From Thalassobaculaceae bacterium (lineage in GTDB: Bacteria; Pseudomonadota; Alphaproteobacteria; Thalassobaculales; Thalassobaculaceae): a stretch of DNA of 64,000 bases. The notes under the pieces are model-generated. The model saw only the letters and a program-made list of their open reading frames with translations, had not been told where the DNA came from and searched no databases. Shown piece after piece: positions 60,844 through 64,000 of the stretch; position 1 is the first letter of the stretch; each line of letters begins with the position of its first letter. Location: assembly GCA_965228875.1 (NCBI GenBank), contig OZ245843.1, positions 1,346,616-1,410,615 on the forward strand, written 5' to 3'. Both the position numbers and the translations under genes were made by a program.

Positions 60844-61755
60844 TCATCGGGTACGGGCCGCCGCGACCTGTTCCGCCGTCGGGATCGGAGTTACCGCGCC
60901 AAGGCCAGTCGTGGTGAGCGCGGCGGCGACGGAGGCGTACTGACCGGCCGTCACCGGATCGTCGCCGGCGGCGATCCGTGCCAGGAATGCGCCGTCGAAC
61001 GTGTCGCCCGCACCGGTCGCGTCGATCGGCGTCACCCGGTGCGGCGGGACCCGCCAACGCGCCTCCCGCGTCGCGATCAGTGCCCCTTCCTCGCCCATCT
61101 TCAGCGCCACGATCCCCGGTCCCATTTCCAGATAGGCGTCGGCGATCGCGTCGGGCTCCTCCAGGCCGGTGAGGATTCGCGAGTCGTCGATCGACGGCAG
61201 GGCGATGGTGCACCGCGCCATGGCCGCGTGCATCACGGCGCGGGCGCGATCGAGATCCCAGAGCTTGAGGCGCAGGTTGGTGTCGTAGGCCACCTCGCAG
61301 CCGGCGGCCCGCGCCGCATCGACGAGCCGGTCGCCGGCGGCGCACGGCCCCTCGCCGATCGCCTGGCTGATCCCCGAGAGTTGGACGATGCGGGTGCGCG
61401 GCAGCACCTCCAGGGGGAGGTGTTCGGGGCCGTATCGGCTGGCGGCCGAACCGGCGCGGTAATACGCGAAGTCCCGACCCGCCGGGCTCGGGGTGATGAT
61501 GTAGAGGCCGGTCGGCGCCGACGGATCCGTGCGTACGTGGTCCGTCGCCACGCCCTCGCGGCCCCACAACGCGGACAGTTCGCGACCGAAGGCGTCATCG
61601 CCGACGGCCGAGACATAGCCGACGCGCGCGCCCTGCCGCGCCGCCGCGATCGCGCAGTTGGAGGTATCGCCGCCATAGCCCGACTTGTAGTCGCCGGAGA
61701 CCATGCGGGTGAGTTCCATCATCGCCTCGCCGAAGCAAAGCAGGTCGTAGTCCAT
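60844..61755 (-). CDS. kdgK: PfkB-family sugar kinase, 2-keto-3-deoxygluconate kinase-like
   Basis: GEAMME, GGDTSNCAIAAARQG, YYRAGSAAS, DTNLRLKLW and DATGAGDTFDG motifs; GGGAGG RBS. Confidence 0.8.
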   Translation of the reverse strand: MDYDLLCFGEAMMELTRMVSGDYKSGYGGDTSNCAIAAARQGARVGYVSAVGDDAFGRELSALWGREGVATDHVRTDPSAPTGLYIITPSPAGRDFAYYRAGSAASRYGPEHLPLEVLPRTRIVQLSGISQAIGEGPCAAGDRLVDAARAAGCEVAYDTNLRLKLWDLDRARAVMHAAMARCTIALPSIDDSRILTGLEEPDAIADAYLEMGPGIVALKMGEEGALIATREARWRVPPHRVTPIDATGAGDTFDGAFLARIAAGDDPVTAGQYASVAAALTTTGLGAVTPIPTAEQVAAARTR

Positions 61756-61940
61756 CGTCTGCATCCTCCCTTTCGCGCCTCTTCGCGGTCCGCGACCGAG
61801 CCTATGATGCGTTCCGTATTGCGAAAAGCTCACCTTGCCAGCTTGCGCGGGCCCTTGGCTTCGGGCCACCATCGGCGATGACAGACAGGCGGGCCGTCCG
61901 GCCCAGCCGGTGACAAAAGCATCCATAGGGGACGGAAACG

Positions 61941-62645
61941 ATGACCGACATCACGGCGGCAGATCTCGAACGCCTGACCGAATGGGATACGCCCACCATC
62001 TGCAACGGGCTGGAAGTGACGAATCCGGAGCGCCGCGCGCTCGGCTTCACGACTGGCCAGATGGTCTGCGCCTTCCCGGAGCTGAAGCCGATCTGCGGTT
62101 TCGCCCGCACCGCCACGATCCGCGCCATGGCACCGGCCCGGCGCACCGCCGCCGAGAACGTCGCCGCCCGCCAGGCGTATTACGACTATGTCGCCAACGG
62201 CGGCCCGTCCCCGGCGATCACCGTCATCCAGGACCTCGACAGCGAGCCCGGCTTCGGCGCCTTCTGGGGAGAGGTCAACACCGCCATCCACAAGGGACTC
62301 GGCGCGCTCGGCGTGGTGACCGACGGATCGATTCGCGATCTCGATGCCTGCGCCCCCGGCTTCCAACTGGTCGCGCGCAAGGTCGGACCGAGCCATGCGC
62401 ACGTCCACGTGGTCGACCACGGCGGCCAGGTGAACATCTTCGGCATGATCGTCAACGACGGCGACATCATCCACGCCGATCGGCATGGGGCCGTCGTCAT
62501 CCCGCCCGAGTCTGTTAAGACCCTGCCCGACGCCATCGATCTGCTGACCCGGCGCGAGGCGGTCGTTCTGGACGCCGCCCGCGCGCCGGACTTCGACTTC
62601 GAGAAGCTCAAGGCCGCGATGGGCCAGTCGGCGGACATTCACTGA
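61941..62645 (+). CDS. RraA-family / HMG-CHA aldolase-like protein
   Basis: DTPTICN, GFARTA, WGEVN, GVVTDGSIRD and GDIIHADRHGAVVIP motifs. Confidence 0.85.
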   Translation: MTDITAADLERLTEWDTPTICNGLEVTNPERRALGFTTGQMVCAFPELKPICGFARTATIRAMAPARRTAAENVAARQAYYDYVANGGPSPAITVIQDLDSEPGFGAFWGEVNTAIHKGLGALGVVTDGSIRDLDACAPGFQLVARKVGPSHAHVHVVDHGGQVNIFGMIVNDGDIIHADRHGAVVIPPESVKTLPDAIDLLTRREAVVLDAARAPDFDFEKLKAAMGQSADIH

Positions 62646-62655
62646 GGCGGCATCG

Positions 62656-63630
62656 ATGGCAACGAACAAGAAGAAGGTCCTGATCGTCGGGCCGATCCAC
62701 GATCACGGGATGGATCTGCTCGCCGCGCGCGACGATGTGACGGTCGAGGTGATCGACACCCTCGACCCCGAGGTGATCCAGAAGCATGCCGCCGACGCCC
62801 ACGGTATCGGCGTGCGGGTTGCGAAGATCAACCGCGCGGTGATCGAGAACGCGCCGAACCTCCAGGTCGTCTCGCGCCACGGCGTCGGCTACGACAGCGT
62901 CGACGTCGAGACTCTGACCGAACGCGGCATCCCGCTCTGCATCGCGCCGCGCTCGAACGCGCCGTCGGTGGCCGAGCAGGCGATGATGTTCATGCTGGTG
63001 CACGCCAAGAAGATGCACGTCCTGGATCCGATGGTCCGGGCTGGCGAGTGGAACCGGCGCTCGGAGGTCGAAGCCTTCGACCTGGCCGGCCGGACCCTGC
63101 TGATCTGCGGCCTGGGCCGCATCGGCTCGCGGCTGGCCAAGCGGGCGCTCGCCTTTGACATGAAGGTGTTCGGCTACGACCCGTATATCGACCAGGACAA
63201 GATCCGGGCGATGGGCATCGAGCCGGTGGCCGACTTCCGCGCCGTGCTGGGCGAATGCCACATGGTCAGCGTCCACTGCCCGCGCAACAAGGAGACGATC
63301 GGCCTGATCGGCAAGAAGGAGCTCGACGCCCTTCCCGCCGGCTCGCTGGTGATCAACTGCGCGCGCGGCGGCATCGTCGACGAACCCGCCCTGCTCGACG
63401 CGGTCCGCTCCGGTCGCGTGGTCGGCGCCGGCCTCGACGTGTTCGACGAGGAACCGGCCTTCGAGCACCCGTTCTTCGGCGAGCCGAACATCCTCATGAC
63501 CCCGCATTCCGCGGGCATGAGCCTGGAGGCCCGCCAGCGCTCGTCCTACCAGACCGTCGAGAACATCCTGGCGGTCTTCGACGGCACTCTCGACCCGGAT
63601 GTGGTCGTCAACAAGGAGGTCCTCTCCTAA
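62656..63630 (+). CDS. D-isomer-specific 2-hydroxyacid dehydrogenase
   Basis: RHGVGYD, SVAE, GLGRIG, YDPY, INCARGGIVDE, LDVF.EEP and TPHSA motifs. Confidence 0.92.
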   Translation: MATNKKKVLIVGPIHDHGMDLLAARDDVTVEVIDTLDPEVIQKHAADAHGIGVRVAKINRAVIENAPNLQVVSRHGVGYDSVDVETLTERGIPLCIAPRSNAPSVAEQAMMFMLVHAKKMHVLDPMVRAGEWNRRSEVEAFDLAGRTLLICGLGRIGSRLAKRALAFDMKVFGYDPYIDQDKIRAMGIEPVADFRAVLGECHMVSVHCPRNKETIGLIGKKELDALPAGSLVINCARGGIVDEPALLDAVRSGRVVGAGLDVFDEEPAFEHPFFGEPNILMTPHSAGMSLEARQRSSYQTVENILAVFDGTLDPDVVVNKEVLS

Positions 63631-63657
63631 GAGGCCCCCGACATCGGAGGAAACGCC

Positions 63658-64000
63658 ATGAACAGCCGCCTGCACGACGTCTGGGCCGCCGACCGCGGCG
63701 CCCTGAACGGCTGGCTTTCGATTCCGTCCACGGTGACCGCCGAGATCGCGGCGCTGCAGGACTACGACAGCCTCACCTTGGACCTGCAGCACGGCCTGGT
63801 CGACTACCAGACCGCGCTCGAACTGATGCAGGCCGTCCACGGCCACGGCAAGACGGTGCTCGCCCGGGTGCCGTGGAACGAGCCGGGCATCATCATGAAG
63901 CTGCTGGACGGCGGCGCATTGGGCATCATCTGCCCGATGATCAACACCGCAGAGGAGGCAGAGCGCTTCGTCGGCGCCTGCCAGTACGCGCCGCGCGGCT
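63658..64000 (+). CDS. HpcH/HpaI-family aldolase (partial, runs off the right edge)
   Basis: My translation: MNSRLHDVWAADRGALNGWLSIPS...TLDLQHG...ARVPWNEPG.IMKLLDGGALGIICPMINT...YAPRG; GGAGG RBS. Confidence 0.9.
   Translation, partial: MNSRLHDVWAADRGALNGWLSIPSTVTAEIAALQDYDSLTLDLQHGLVDYQTALELMQAVHGHGKTVLARVPWNEPGIIMKLLDGGALGIICPMINTAEEAERFVGACQYAPRG

Overview
GC-rich core-chromosome segment from an alphaproteobacterium. Gene order and content look Rhodospirillales-like, which is an inference. Left to right: thiL-nusB-ribH-ribBX-ribE-ribD-nrdR-glyA-rpiB (minus strand); mucR/ros, a DUF6898-like small protein and glutaryl-CoA dehydrogenase; a small secreted protein and a SuhB/MmgR-type sRNA; DUF1467-mce-rnj-coaX below a complete nuoA-N operon, with the usual birA absent; tRNA-Asp and tRNA-Val flanking a two-gene plus-strand insert (unknown protein + DUF2161); hupB-lon-clpX-clpP-tig-tRNA-Leu; malonyl-CoA decarboxylase, prfC, a class III adenylate cyclase, a Gfo/Idh/MocA oxidoreductase, an MscK-like channel, an acyl-CoA synthetase, a FrnE-type DsbA protein and a lone ABC transmembrane domain; mfd-sdhE/recG; then a probable keto-/sugar-acid catabolic cluster (divergent AroQ-like protein, esterase, TRAP DctPQM, KdgK-like kinase, RraA-like aldolase, 2-hydroxyacid dehydrogenase, HpcH aldolase cut by the window edge). 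I found no CRISPR array, integrase or transposase. The most unusual signal is a 17-bp tandem repeat upstream of thiL. On the coding strand it forms a chain of eight hexapeptide mini-ORFs, each overlapping the next (ATGA) and carrying the SD-like AGGA for the next start, and the last one overlaps the thiL start. All calls come from reading the sequence and recalling family motifs; no database search was run.
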